Of a stretch of 64,000 bases of DNA, positions 33,518 to 42,812 are shown one piece after another (the stretch's first letter is position 1; every line of letters begins with the position of its first letter). Under the pieces are notes generated by a model. That model saw only the letters and a list, made by a program, of their open reading frames with translations. It made no database searches and was not told the origin of the DNA. The position numbers were made by a program, and so were the translations under genes. The stretch comes from an uncultured Alphaproteobacteria bacterium (GTDB taxonomy: Bacteria; Pseudomonadota; Alphaproteobacteria; Rhizobiales; Xanthobacteraceae): the NCBI GenBank assembly GCA_963764155.1, contig CAVXRI010000002.1:322351-386350 (forward strand), written 5' to 3'.

Positions 33518-34483
33518 TCAATACCCGCGCCGGCGATCGACCACGTTTTCCAATGCGCCGCCGGCTTCGAAGCGTTCGATTTGTAGCGCCACGTATTTCG
33601 ATATTTCGTCCGGATCGGTATCGGCGGCGTTGTGCGGCGTCAGCACGACCTTTGGATGGGTCCAGAAAGGACTCTCCGTCGGCAACGGCTCGGTCGCGTA
33701 GACGTCGAGCGAGGCGGCGCCAAGGGTGCCGTCGTTCAGGCAGGCGAGGATGTCGGCTTCGTTCTGCAACCCGCCGCGGCCGGCATTGATCAGAACCGGC
33801 GCACCCATCGGGCTGCTACGGTTGAGTTTCGAAAACAGGCCGCGATCAAGGATGTGTCGTGTGTCCGGCGTCAGCGGCAGCAGGCACACCAGAATGTCGG
33901 TATGCCGCAGAAACGCCTCTAGCTGCGACGCTCCGTGGAAGCAGTCGATGCCCTCGATCTCCCTTTGGCTTCTGCTCCAGCCGGCGACGCCGAACCCAAG
34001 GTGCTGCAAAGCCTTGGCGGCATGAAATCCGAGCGTGCCTAGTCCCATGACGCCAACAGAAATCGCCCCGGCTGGCCACTGGAATTTTGGCGCCCAGCGC
34101 TTTTCGCGCTGGCAGTTGCGCAAGTACAGTTCCTGCCGGTGATGCAGCAACACATGAAGCACGACATATTCGGTCATGCGATGGGTGAGATCGGCCACCG
34201 CTACGCGAACCAAAGGCACTTTCGGCAGCGATGTGTCGGCCATCAGCGCATCGACACCGGCCCCGAGATTGAAAATGACCCGCAGATTCGGAAAAGCTGC
34301 AAGCTCACCCGTCGCGGGCTTCCAAACCGCGGCATACTGGATTTCGGCCGGATCAAACGAGTTGTCAGGCGGCATCACCACGCGGCGGTCGCGGCATACA
34401 TCGTCGAACCGGCCCTTCCAGCGTTCCGGCGACCAATTTTCCGTGCGGCCATGCACGAGCAAGGCGAGCGCGCCCTTTTTCAT
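33518..34483 (-). CDS. ghrA: Glyoxylate/hydroxypyruvate reductase A-like 2-hydroxyacid dehydrogenase
   Basis: GAGVD, GVMGLGTLG, LPLTPDT, INAGRG, LDVYATEPLP, TPHNA. Confidence 0.85.
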   Translation of the reverse strand: MKKGALALLVHGRTENWSPERWKGRFDDVCRDRRVVMPPDNSFDPAEIQYAAVWKPATGELAAFPNLRVIFNLGAGVDALMADTSLPKVPLVRVAVADLTHRMTEYVVLHVLLHHRQELYLRNCQREKRWAPKFQWPAGAISVGVMGLGTLGFHAAKALQHLGFGVAGWSRSQREIEGIDCFHGASQLEAFLRHTDILVCLLPLTPDTRHILDRGLFSKLNRSSPMGAPVLINAGRGGLQNEADILACLNDGTLGAASLDVYATEPLPTESPFWTHPKVVLTPHNAADTDPDEISKYVALQIERFEAGGALENVVDRRRGY

Positions 34484-34559
34484 CGAATTTGCCTCACCTT
34501 TACCGAACTCGAGGGACATTAGCGGCCCGGCTTCCTCGTGCAAATATTCCCGTTCCCGC

Positions 34560-34586
34560 TGTAGGGTTCGGGCATATTCATTCGTC
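34560..34586 (+). promoter_or_regulatory. Putative ECF42 promoter 1
   Basis: TGTAGG-N15-TTCGTC upstream of the yciI-ECF operon. Confidence 0.65.
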
Positions 34587-34612
34587 GTATTGAAGAACAG
34601 GAATCCTTGCCC

Positions 34613-34981
34613 ATGCTGTACGCCATCCTTTGCTATCACGATGAAGACCTCGTCGGTTCCTGGAGCAGGGAACAGGATGCCGAAGTGATGAAAAAGCTTT
34701 CGCTGGTGCAAGATAAACTCGCCCGGCAAGGACGGCTGGGGCCGGTGGCGCGACTGTTGCCGACGACGGCGGCGGCCACTTTGCGCAAGGACGATCCGCC
34801 GCTGGTGCTCGATGGTCCCTATGCCGAGACCAAGGAGCAGTTGCTAGGGTTCTATCTGGTCGACTGCAAGAATCTCGACGAGGCGCTCGATGTGGCGCGC
34901 GATCTCGGGGCGGCCAATCCCGGCGGCGCTTACGAGATCCGCCCCGTCGGAATGTTTGCGCCGGGGAGCGCCCCGACGTGA
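34613..34981 (+). CDS. YciI/DGPF-domain protein
   Basis: VLDGPYAETKEQLLGFY...YEIRP; overlaps the sigma factor start. Confidence 0.88.
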   Translation: MLYAILCYHDEDLVGSWSREQDAEVMKKLSLVQDKLARQGRLGPVARLLPTTAAATLRKDDPPLVLDGPYAETKEQLLGFYLVDCKNLDEALDVARDLGAANPGGAYEIRPVGMFAPGSAPT

Positions 34982-36255
34982 CCAACTCCGCCTGGATCGA
35001 TGCCGCCCTTAGTTCGGCGCGTCCTCAGGCGGTCGGCGCACTGCTCCGTTATTTCCGCAACCTCGATGCTGCCGAGGAAGCCTATCAGAACGCGTGCCTG
35101 CGCGCGCTAAAGAGCTGGCCGCAAAACGGTCCGCCGCGCGATCCTGCGGCGTGGCTGATCATGGTTGGGCGCAACGTCGGGATCGACGAGATGCGCCGTA
35201 ATCGCAAACAGGAGCCGTTGCCCGACGATGACCGGGCGATTTCAGACATCGAGGACGCCGAGGCGCTGATTGCCGAGCGGCTCGACGGCTCGCATTATCG
35301 CGATGATATTCTGCGGCTGCTGTTCATCTGCTGCCATCCGGATTTGCCGGCCACCCAACAAATCGCACTGGCGCTCCGGGTGGTGTCCGGCCTCTCCGTC
35401 AAGCAGATCGCGCGTGCTTTTTTGGTTTCGGAAGCGGCTATGGAACAGCGCATCACCCGCGCCAAGGCGCGCGTCGCCGCCGCCAACGTGCCCTTTGAGA
35501 CCCCCGGGGCAGTTGAGCGAGGTGAGCGGCTCGCGGCAGTGGCCGCGTCGATCTACCTGATCTTCAACGAGGGATATTCAGCAAGTGGCGATACCGCCGA
35601 GATTCGCCAGCCCCTCTGCGAGGAGGCGATCCGCCTGGCGCGTCTGTTGCTGCGCCTGTTCCAGAGCGAGCCGGAGGTGATGGGGCTGGCCGCGCTGCTG
35701 TTGTTGCAGCATGCGCGCGCTGCCGCGCGCTTCGACGCAGACGGTGCGCTGGTGCTGCTCGACGATCAGAATCGCTCGCTTTGGAACGCGAAAATGATCG
35801 CGGAGGGGCTCGCGCTGATCGACAAGGCGATGCGGCATGGCCGCAGCGGGCCTTATCAGGTGCAGGCGGCAATCGCGGCGCTGCATGCGCGCGCCGAAAA
35901 GCCTGAGGACACCGATTGGAAGCAGATTGATCTGCTCTACGGCGCGCTCGAGATCCTGCAGCCATCCCCGGTCGTGACGCTGAACCGCGCCGTTGCCGTA
36001 TCGAAGGTGAGGGGCGCGGAGGCGGCGCTCGAAATGATCGAGCCGCTGGCGCCCCGGTTATCCAGTTATTTTCATTTTTTCGGCGTGCGCGGCGCCTTCT
36101 TGATGCAGCTTGGCCGCAACAACGAAGCCCGGGTCGCATTTGATCGCGCCATCGCTCTCGCCAATACGTCGATGGAAGCCGCCCATATCAGGATGCATCT
36201 CGACCAGTTGATGCGCGACAGCCAGCCACGCGACGTCGAAGCGGGGAAGACCTGA
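34978..36255 (+). CDS. ECF sigma factor with C-terminal TPR extension (ECF42 group)
   Basis: Sigma regions 2 and 4 (AEEAYQNA, LFICCHP, EAAMEQRITRAK) plus YLIFNEGY, GPYQVQAAIAALH and SPVVTLNRAVA; 425 aa next to a DGPF gene. Confidence 0.88.
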   Translation: MTNSAWIDAALSSARPQAVGALLRYFRNLDAAEEAYQNACLRALKSWPQNGPPRDPAAWLIMVGRNVGIDEMRRNRKQEPLPDDDRAISDIEDAEALIAERLDGSHYRDDILRLLFICCHPDLPATQQIALALRVVSGLSVKQIARAFLVSEAAMEQRITRAKARVAAANVPFETPGAVERGERLAAVAASIYLIFNEGYSASGDTAEIRQPLCEEAIRLARLLLRLFQSEPEVMGLAALLLLQHARAAARFDADGALVLLDDQNRSLWNAKMIAEGLALIDKAMRHGRSGPYQVQAAIAALHARAEKPEDTDWKQIDLLYGALEILQPSPVVTLNRAVAVSKVRGAEAALEMIEPLAPRLSSYFHFFGVRGAFLMQLGRNNEARVAFDRAIALANTSMEAAHIRMHLDQLMRDSQPRDVEAGKT

Positions 36256-36272
36256 AATTGTGTCATCGCTCG

Positions 36273-36300
36273 TGTCGGATGGGCGCTTGTCCCGTTCGTC
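36273..36300 (+). promoter_or_regulatory. Putative ECF42 promoter 2
   Basis: TGTCGG-N16-TTCGTC upstream of the SRPBCC gene. Confidence 0.65.
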
Positions 36301-36305
36301 ATCCT

Positions 36306-36334
36306 TGAACTGGAAACAACTGAACTGGAAACAA
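36306..36334 (+). repeat. 14-bp direct repeat, period 15
   Basis: TGAACTGGAAACAA at 36306-36319 and 36321-36334. Confidence 0.85.
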
Positions 36335-36350
36335 AAGGACACAGATCCGC

Positions 36351-36887
36351 ATGCTTGAAGCGTTTGCCATCGTTGCCGTGATAGTCGCGCTCGCGATTGC
36401 CGTCGTTCTGATTTTTGCCGCCAGCAAGCCGAATAGCTTTCGCGTCCAGCGCGCGATCGCGGTGACAGCGCCGGCTGAAAAGATATTTCCGTTGATCAAC
36501 GATTTTCATCACTGGAGCGCGTGGTCGCCTTATGAGCACCGCGACCCGGCGATGAAGCGGAGTTTCAGCGGCGCAGGAGCCGGCAAGGGCGCCATCTATG
36601 CGTGGGACGGCAACAAGAATATCGGCTCCGGCCGCATGGAGATACTCGAGAGCGCGAGCCCATCGAAAATCCTCATCAAGCTCGACTTCTTCAGACCCTT
36701 CGAAGGCCACAACACCGCCGAGTTCACAATGTTGCCGCACGCCGGTACGACAGATCTGACCTGGGTCATGTACGGTCCCGCATCCTTCATATCCAAGCTG
36801 ATGCAGGTCTTCATGAGCCTGGACAACATGATCGGCAAAGACTTTGAAACCGGCCTCGCCAACTTGAAAAAGCTGACCGAAAAATAG
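36351..36887 (+). CDS. SRPBCC (polyketide cyclase-like) family protein with N-terminal TM anchor
   Basis: FRVQRAI, WSAWSPY, GAIYAWDGNKNIGSGRM, MIGKDFETGLANLK. Confidence 0.85.
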   Translation: MLEAFAIVAVIVALAIAVVLIFAASKPNSFRVQRAIAVTAPAEKIFPLINDFHHWSAWSPYEHRDPAMKRSFSGAGAGKGAIYAWDGNKNIGSGRMEILESASPSKILIKLDFFRPFEGHNTAEFTMLPHAGTTDLTWVMYGPASFISKLMQVFMSLDNMIGKDFETGLANLKKLTEK

Positions 36888-36935
36888 CCGAGCTTCGAAA
36901 TCTTCGCACGCTTATTACCCAGAAAGGAGCAAGCG

Positions 36936-37346
36936 ATGCAGGTAAATCCCTATCTGTTTTACAACGGCAACTGCGAAGCGGCGTTCAAGTATTACGAGAA
37001 GGCGCTCGGCGCCAGTATCGAAATGATGATGCGGAACGAGGACGCGCCGGAGTCGATGCCAACGCCGCCGGAGCGGAAGAAGAAGGTCATGCATGCGAGA
37101 ATAGCGATCGGCGGCATGGCGCTGATGGCCTCTGACGCGCCTCCAGAGCACTTCAACAAGCCGCAGGGCTTTTCGGTATCGCTGACAGTGAACGATCCAA
37201 AAGACGCCGAACGCAAGTTCAATGCGCTCTGCGAAGGCGGCAGCGTCAATATGCCGTTCAGCAAAACCTTCTACGCAAAGGGTTTTGGAATGTGCGTCGA
37301 CCAGTTCGGAATTCCCTGGATGGTGATGGCGCCGCTGGAGCATTGA
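36936..37346 (+). CDS. VOC/PhnB-like glyoxalase family protein
   Basis: PYLFYNGNCEAAFKYY, VMHA, LMASD, DQFGIPWMV. Confidence 0.88.
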   Translation: MQVNPYLFYNGNCEAAFKYYEKALGASIEMMMRNEDAPESMPTPPERKKKVMHARIAIGGMALMASDAPPEHFNKPQGFSVSLTVNDPKDAERKFNALCEGGSVNMPFSKTFYAKGFGMCVDQFGIPWMVMAPLEH

Positions 37347-37350
37347 TCGT

Positions 37351-37797
37351 CTATCTGCACCGGGGGTAGATTGCGGCCAGCTCGCGCCCGCGCAACAGCA
37401 GCAGGCGCGAGCTTAGTCCGCCGCGGCTGCTGATCCAGCTTCGGACCGGACCGGGATAAGCCTGCAGCACCAGTTCGGATGCTTCAGGCTCGGCATACAT
37501 CCGGCCCCGCCTGTCGACCGAGCGTGCAGCATGAAATCCCAGCACCGCGCGCCGGGTCACGCAAATGCGCTCGTTCGGCACCAGGCTCAGCACCAGCGTA
37601 CATGCCGACAGGCACGGGCCGTCGATGACCACGCGCTCGCCGGAATCGCGCACCTGCTCGAAGAGATCGAGGAACGGACCGACCTGTCCGCCCGGGCTGG
37701 CGAGGATGCGGACTTCGGCCCACGCGGTGGGAACAGAGAACGCGCAGAGCGCGACCGCAAGCATTGCTTTGGCGAAAGCTGTTCGCAATGTGAACAC
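37351..37797 (-). CDS. Exported hypothetical protein with ClpP/crotonase-like motifs (alternative TTG start at 37788)
   Basis: Signal peptide ending AWA; SPGG, IDGPCLSACT and LGFHAA motifs. Confidence 0.7.
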   Translation of the reverse strand: MFTLRTAFAKAMLAVALCAFSVPTAWAEVRILASPGGQVGPFLDLFEQVRDSGERVVIDGPCLSACTLVLSLVPNERICVTRRAVLGFHAARSVDRRGRMYAEPEASELVLQAYPGPVRSWISSRGGLSSRLLLLRGRELAAIYPRCR

Positions 37798-37940
37798 TCC
37801 TTCGACTGGATGGTGAGACAGCGATCACAAGGTGGGCCAAGCCGAACGAGCCGACCACTCAAGTCTGAGTGAGGTAGGCCTAATCCCGGCAGGACGGCTT
37901 TGTCACCACAGCGCTGCGAAAGCTACAGCCGATGGCCGAT

Positions 37941-38729
37941 TTACCCGTTCCGCCGCTCGCCGCGCAGCGTCGGCAATCCGATGCCCGCGGCCTCAAAACC
38001 GCCATCGACTGCCAGGATTTGCCCTGTGATATAGCTCGAGCGTTCGCAGCTGAGGAAGAACACGGCTTCGGCCAGTTCCTGTTCGAGGCCGTATCGGTTC
38101 AGCGGAATCGCGTCGTGATAATCGGCGCGGATTTCGGGCGTGTGAACTGCTTTCGCCATCGCCGTCTCGACCGGGCCGGGCGCGACGCCGTTGACGCGAA
38201 TACCGAGCGAGGCGAGTTCGACGGCCAGTTGCTTGGTGAGATGGGCAAGTCCGGCCTTGCTGGTGCCGTACGCCGATCTAAGAGTGGATGCGCGTACCGC
38301 CGAGATCGAGGTGATGTTAACGATGGCGCCGCCCCCGTGTTCGCGCATCAGCGGCACGGCAGCTTTGGTGCACAGGAAGGGCGCGGTAAGATTTACCGCG
38401 AGGACCCGGTTCCAGTCCTCATCGCTGGTCTGCAGCAGCGGCGTGAACACTGCGATGCCGGCATTGTTGACGAGGGCGTCCAGCCTGCCGAATTGCTGGC
38501 CCACCGTTTCGATTGCGGCCGCGACCGCTTCGGCGTCCGACACGTCGCAATGCAGGGACAAGGTGTCATCTGGGCAGGCGAGCTTTGCGACGGCGTCCCG
38601 CAGCAACTCTCGCTCGATATCCAGCAGTGCCACCCGCCAACCCTCGGTCAGGAACCGCTTTGCCACCGCCAGCCCGATGCCACGCGCCGCCCCGGTAACC
38701 AGCGCGACCTTTTCGGGAGAAGGGGTCAT
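37941..38729 (-). CDS. Short-chain dehydrogenase/reductase
   Basis: TGAARGIG, NNAG, YGTSK, IRVNGVAPG, VDGG. Confidence 0.92.
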   Translation of the reverse strand: MTPSPEKVALVTGAARGIGLAVAKRFLTEGWRVALLDIERELLRDAVAKLACPDDTLSLHCDVSDAEAVAAAIETVGQQFGRLDALVNNAGIAVFTPLLQTSDEDWNRVLAVNLTAPFLCTKAAVPLMREHGGGAIVNITSISAVRASTLRSAYGTSKAGLAHLTKQLAVELASLGIRVNGVAPGPVETAMAKAVHTPEIRADYHDAIPLNRYGLEQELAEAVFFLSCERSSYITGQILAVDGGFEAAGIGLPTLRGERRNG

Positions 38730-38918
38730 AGTGTGTGTACCGTCATCCGTCCGGCCCGCCGAGTTCGGCGAGCGCGAGTACCGTCCTCAGGATCACCTAA
38801 ACGGCTCTTCGGTCAAGCCGCCGCCCTTCTTGATGGCGCGGAAGATCAAGGTGAGGATGGCAGGCTGGACCTCCGGCAACCGCGCACACTTTGCTCAGCG
38901 CCGCGGATGGAGAAAACA

Positions 38919-39308
38919 ATGAAGCCTATCGCGCACCAGGAGTGCTTATGGGAGGAGTGGCGGCCGAATGTGCAAACGCGCATGCTGATCTCGGCCGCTC
39001 GTGGCTCGACCCAATTGTGCATTTTCGAACAGCTGATCGCTCCTGGAGCCGGGGCGCCGACCCACTCGCATCCCGTCGAGGAAGTACTCACGGTGCTATC
39101 AGGCGAAGCGGAGATCTGGATGGACGACGAACGGATCGTCATTCCGGCCGGGAATTCCTTCATCGTGCCGGCCGGACGCAGCCACGGTTTTCGCAATTCC
39201 GGCGTGACGACGCTTCACATCCATGCGGTTCTGGCTTCGCCAGTCTTCGAAGCCCTGCCGGAAGGCGCCACCGAGCTAACGCGACGCTGGGAGACGGTGA
39301 GCGGCTGA
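38919..39308 (+). CDS. Cupin domain protein
   Basis: PGAGAPTHSHPVEEVLTVLSG...VPAGRSHGFRN; GGAGA RBS. Confidence 0.85.
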   Translation: MKPIAHQECLWEEWRPNVQTRMLISAARGSTQLCIFEQLIAPGAGAPTHSHPVEEVLTVLSGEAEIWMDDERIVIPAGNSFIVPAGRSHGFRNSGVTTLHIHAVLASPVFEALPEGATELTRRWETVSG

Positions 39309-39352
39309 GTTTTCTTCAGCGCGCCGACGAGTCTGTCCCTCGCGCCCCGCCA

Positions 39353-39397
39353 TGCATTCCATATTCCATCCACTGTATTCCATATTCCATCCACTCT
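39353..39397. repeat. 21-bp tandem duplication built from heptamers
   Basis: TGCATTCCATATTCCATCCAC / TGTATTCCATATTCCATCCAC (20/21 identical). Confidence 0.9.
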
Positions 39398-39488
39398 CGT
39401 TCGATCGGAGGATATGAGTGGATTAGCTTGATTGCTACCAGCTAACGGCGAGAATCGTTTCGAAAGATCGCTATCGAGGACCAACAAT

Positions 39489-40874
39489 ATGGCGTTGAAA
39501 CACCCGATCACCGACGAAATCGTTACTCCACAGTTCGCTACGACAAAAATTGGCACCAGCGGCAACGATGTCATCGTTGGCGATGATTTGGGCGATTTCA
39601 TCGATGGACGCGCGGGCAACGACACCATCACGACTGGCGCCGGCGACGATACCATCTTCGGCGGCAACGGTGCGGACGTGATCAATTCGGGTGCAGGCAA
39701 CGACAGGATCAACGGCGGCACCGGCGACAACATTATCAATGGCGGAGCGGGCAACGATCACATCGTCACCACAGGTCATGGCCACAACATTATCGACGGC
39801 GGCACCGGCAATAACACCATCATAGTCGGTTTCGGTGCGAACCACATCACCGCAGGCGACGGCAATAACACCGTCAACATCGGCGATTACATTCATGGCA
39901 GTGGCGAGAACACCATCGTTTTCGGCAACGGCGACAACCGCCTCACCGACTACGGCGACGGTGCCGACCACATCACCATGGGAAATGGCGACAACGCAAT
40001 GGATACAGGTGGCGGCAATGACGTCATCACCCTCGGCGATGGCGTGAACTACGTTCAGGGCGGCGCCGGTGATGACATTATCCGCACGGGTAACGGCAAC
40101 GATCAGGAAGTCGAGGGAAATACCGGAAACGACACCATCTTTACCGGCGGCGGCGATGATCGCATCCAATACAATTCCGGTGACAACATCGATACGATCG
40201 ACGGCGGCACAGGTAACGATCTTCTCGTCGTCAACGGCTCCGCCACCGGGGACAGCTTTAGCATCTCAGCCAACGGCAGCCACGCAACGCTGTTCCAGGA
40301 TGCCGGCGACTACGCCGATCTGGTCGGGGTCGAGCGGATCGAGTTCGACACCGCAGGCGAAGCATTCGGCGTGACGACGGTAGGTCGTGACGTAATTACT
40401 ATCAATGACCTGACCGGGACCGACGTGAAGCAGGTCACGGTCGACCTGGCAGGCCCCTACGACACAGCTGATGGCCAGGTGGATAACGTAATCATCAACG
40501 GCACGGCAGGCGCCGACCATATCACGTTGTCCATCGTGAACGGCGAATTGGTTATCGACGGCCTGGCGAGCAGGGTCACCATTGAGCATTTCGATGCGAA
40601 TGATGTCATTCACATTAACGGTCTGGGAGGTGATGACCTTTTCGACCTCGGAAAACTGGGAAGCAATGGGCCGCAAATAATCATCGACGGCGGTGCTGGC
40701 GCCAACAACGTCCATCTGGACCCGCTTGCAACCAACGTTCAGGTGCTTCACTCCGCGGTCGAGGTGGTCGTGGGAGGCGGCGTTAATGTCGGAAACCCGG
40801 GTACCCTCGCCCTGCATGTGGACCCACTGGCTTCCCACGTTCACGCGCTCAACTCGGAATTCCATGGCGCGTAA
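39489..40874 (+). CDS. RTX/haemolysin-type Ca-binding repeat protein, probable type I secretion substrate
   Basis: More than 20 GGxGxD/N nonapeptides, no cysteine, no N-terminal signal peptide, GAGGA RBS, upstream of ABC+MFP genes; 461 aa. Confidence 0.9.
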   Translation: MALKHPITDEIVTPQFATTKIGTSGNDVIVGDDLGDFIDGRAGNDTITTGAGDDTIFGGNGADVINSGAGNDRINGGTGDNIINGGAGNDHIVTTGHGHNIIDGGTGNNTIIVGFGANHITAGDGNNTVNIGDYIHGSGENTIVFGNGDNRLTDYGDGADHITMGNGDNAMDTGGGNDVITLGDGVNYVQGGAGDDIIRTGNGNDQEVEGNTGNDTIFTGGGDDRIQYNSGDNIDTIDGGTGNDLLVVNGSATGDSFSISANGSHATLFQDAGDYADLVGVERIEFDTAGEAFGVTTVGRDVITINDLTGTDVKQVTVDLAGPYDTADGQVDNVIINGTAGADHITLSIVNGELVIDGLASRVTIEHFDANDVIHINGLGGDDLFDLGKLGSNGPQIIIDGGAGANNVHLDPLATNVQVLHSAVEVVVGGGVNVGNPGTLALHVDPLASHVHALNSEFHGA

Positions 40875-40890
40875 GAATTCCTGACGATCA

Positions 40891-40928
40891 AATGCCGCGG
40901 GCGATAAGTCATCATCGCCCGCGGCGTT
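40891..40928 (+). terminator. Strong intercistronic hairpin after the RTX gene
   Basis: AATGCCGCGGGCGAT-N8-ATCGCCCGCGGCGTT. Confidence 0.7.
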
Positions 40929-41045
40929 GCTGTGCTTGTTGCAGGCTCGCTGGACCAGTGCTCCGGAGATTTAAGTCTAAGGGTCGCCGATCATTTTAAA
41001 GTTTTGACCTGTGCGTCATCACTGCCTTCCTGACCGGAGATCGAT

Positions 41046-42812
41046 GTGATCGGAGTGCCTTCACCCCTGCGCCAGAACGATCCCAGCCTGGTCGAGGTGC
41101 TCAAAGCGTGCCGCTGGGCTTTTCTAAGCGTCGCCTTGTTTTCGGCCATGGTGAACCTGCTGATGCTGGCGGGTCCGCTCTATATGCTGCAAATCTACGA
41201 TCGCGTGCTTTCCAGCCATAGCGTGCCCACACTGGTGGCGCTGTCGATTTTTCTGATTATTGCCTACAGCTTTCAAGCCGGTTTTGAAGTGATACGGTCG
41301 CGGTTGACCGTGCGAATAGCCTCGTTGCTGGATGTTCGCCTCGGCGGCTTGCTGTTCGACGCCGTTATTCGTTTGGCTAACCGGAATTGCAGTGCAGCCG
41401 AGGCGCACCAGCCCCCGCGCGATCTCGACCAGATCCGTACCTTTCTCACCAGTCCGGCGCCGATTGCAATCGTCGACCTGCCATGGATGCCGGTGTTTCT
41501 GGCGATTTGTTTTATAATTCATCCTTTGCTTGGCGCCACGGGGGTTGCGGGCGCCATTATTCTCACAATCCTGACCATTCTGACGGAACGACGTAGTCGG
41601 GCAGCGACATCGGCGATGGCGCAAAGTATGGGCGCACGCACAAGCGCGAGCGAGATTGTTCGTCGCGGTAGCGAGACCATCGCGGCCATGGGAATGGCCC
41701 AAACGCTGGCAGCGCGCTGGCAGAAGACGAACAATCGCTATCTCGCCGCGTCGTCCCTGGTTTCTGATGTGGTCGGCGCCTATGGCGGCATCTCGCGAGC
41801 AATTCGGCTTCTGCTGCAATCCTCGATGTTGGGGGTGGGCGCTTATCTCGTCACCCAGCAGGAACTGAATCCGGGAGCGATGTTTGCGGCATCGCTCATG
41901 ATGGGACGGGCCTTGGCTCCCATCGACGTCGTGATTGCGAATTGGCGCTCACTGGCGGGCACGCGCCAGTCGCTTTCGCGATTGTCCGCTGTGTTGCGAC
42001 TGTTCCCGCCGCGCCAAGGCGGCACGGATTTGCCCGGACCAACCCGCAGTCTGGATGTTGAAAATATCGTCGTAGCTGCGCCCAACAAGGGGGCAGCAAT
42101 CGTCGCAAACATTCATTTCGGACTTGCTGCGGGTGAAACGCTTGCCGTTGTCGGGCCGAGCGGCACGGGTAAATCGTCTCTCGTGCGGACGCTGATTGGC
42201 GTTTGGGCGCCGGCACGCGGACAAATCAGGTTGGATGGAGCCGCTCTCGACCAATGGGGAGATGAGACGCTTGGCCGACACGTCGGCTATGTTGCCCAGA
42301 CAGTCGAGTTCTTCGATGGAACCGTTGGAGAAAACATCGCGCGAATGAGCCTAGCGCCGAGCTCAGAGGCGGTGCTGGAGGCCGGTCGTGCTGCCGGAGC
42401 GCACGAGATGATCCTCAGGCTCCCTGGGGGGTATGATTGCAAGATCGGCGATGCCGCGACTGTTCTTTCGGCCGGCCAACGTCAGCGCATTGCCTTGGCT
42501 CGGGCGCTTTACGGCAATCCCTTCCTGGTGGTGCTCGACGAGCCCAACGCCAACCTCGACAGCGAAGGGGAGGTTGCGTTGCAAACCGCGCTTCGTGGAC
42601 TGAAGGCGCGTGGCGCCATCGCCATCATCATCTCGCACCGGCCGGCTGTTCTCGAACAGTGCGACAAGGTTCTGGTTCTCAGCAATGGTGCGCAGCAGGC
42701 TTTCGGGCCGCGCGATGCCATCGTTCGCCAATCGCCGGCCCGGTCGCCGCGGCCGTCAACCGTCAGTAACGTCGCGGTGCTCCACGAGGCCAAGGTGGAT
42801 ATCGGATCATGA
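41046..42812 (+). CDS. Type I secretion permease/ATPase (PrtD/AprD family)
   Basis: YMLQIYDRVL, DLPW, GPSGTGKS, LSAGQRQR, VLDEPNANLD. Confidence 0.92.
   Translation: MIGVPSPLRQNDPSLVEVLKACRWAFLSVALFSAMVNLLMLAGPLYMLQIYDRVLSSHSVPTLVALSIFLIIAYSFQAGFEVIRSRLTVRIASLLDVRLGGLLFDAVIRLANRNCSAAEAHQPPRDLDQIRTFLTSPAPIAIVDLPWMPVFLAICFIIHPLLGATGVAGAIILTILTILTERRSRAATSAMAQSMGARTSASEIVRRGSETIAAMGMAQTLAARWQKTNNRYLAASSLVSDVVGAYGGISRAIRLLLQSSMLGVGAYLVTQQELNPGAMFAASLMMGRALAPIDVVIANWRSLAGTRQSLSRLSAVLRLFPPRQGGTDLPGPTRSLDVENIVVAAPNKGAAIVANIHFGLAAGETLAVVGPSGTGKSSLVRTLIGVWAPARGQIRLDGAALDQWGDETLGRHVGYVAQTVEFFDGTVGENIARMSLAPSSEAVLEAGRAAGAHEMILRLPGGYDCKIGDAATVLSAGQRQRIALARALYGNPFLVVLDEPNANLDSEGEVALQTALRGLKARGAIAIIISHRPAVLEQCDKVLVLSNGAQQAFGPRDAIVRQSPARSPRPSTVSNVAVLHEAKVDIGS

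Noticed and set aside
39353-39397. CRISPR array or iterons
   Set aside because: Only two adjacent units, no spacers, and no cas or rep gene.
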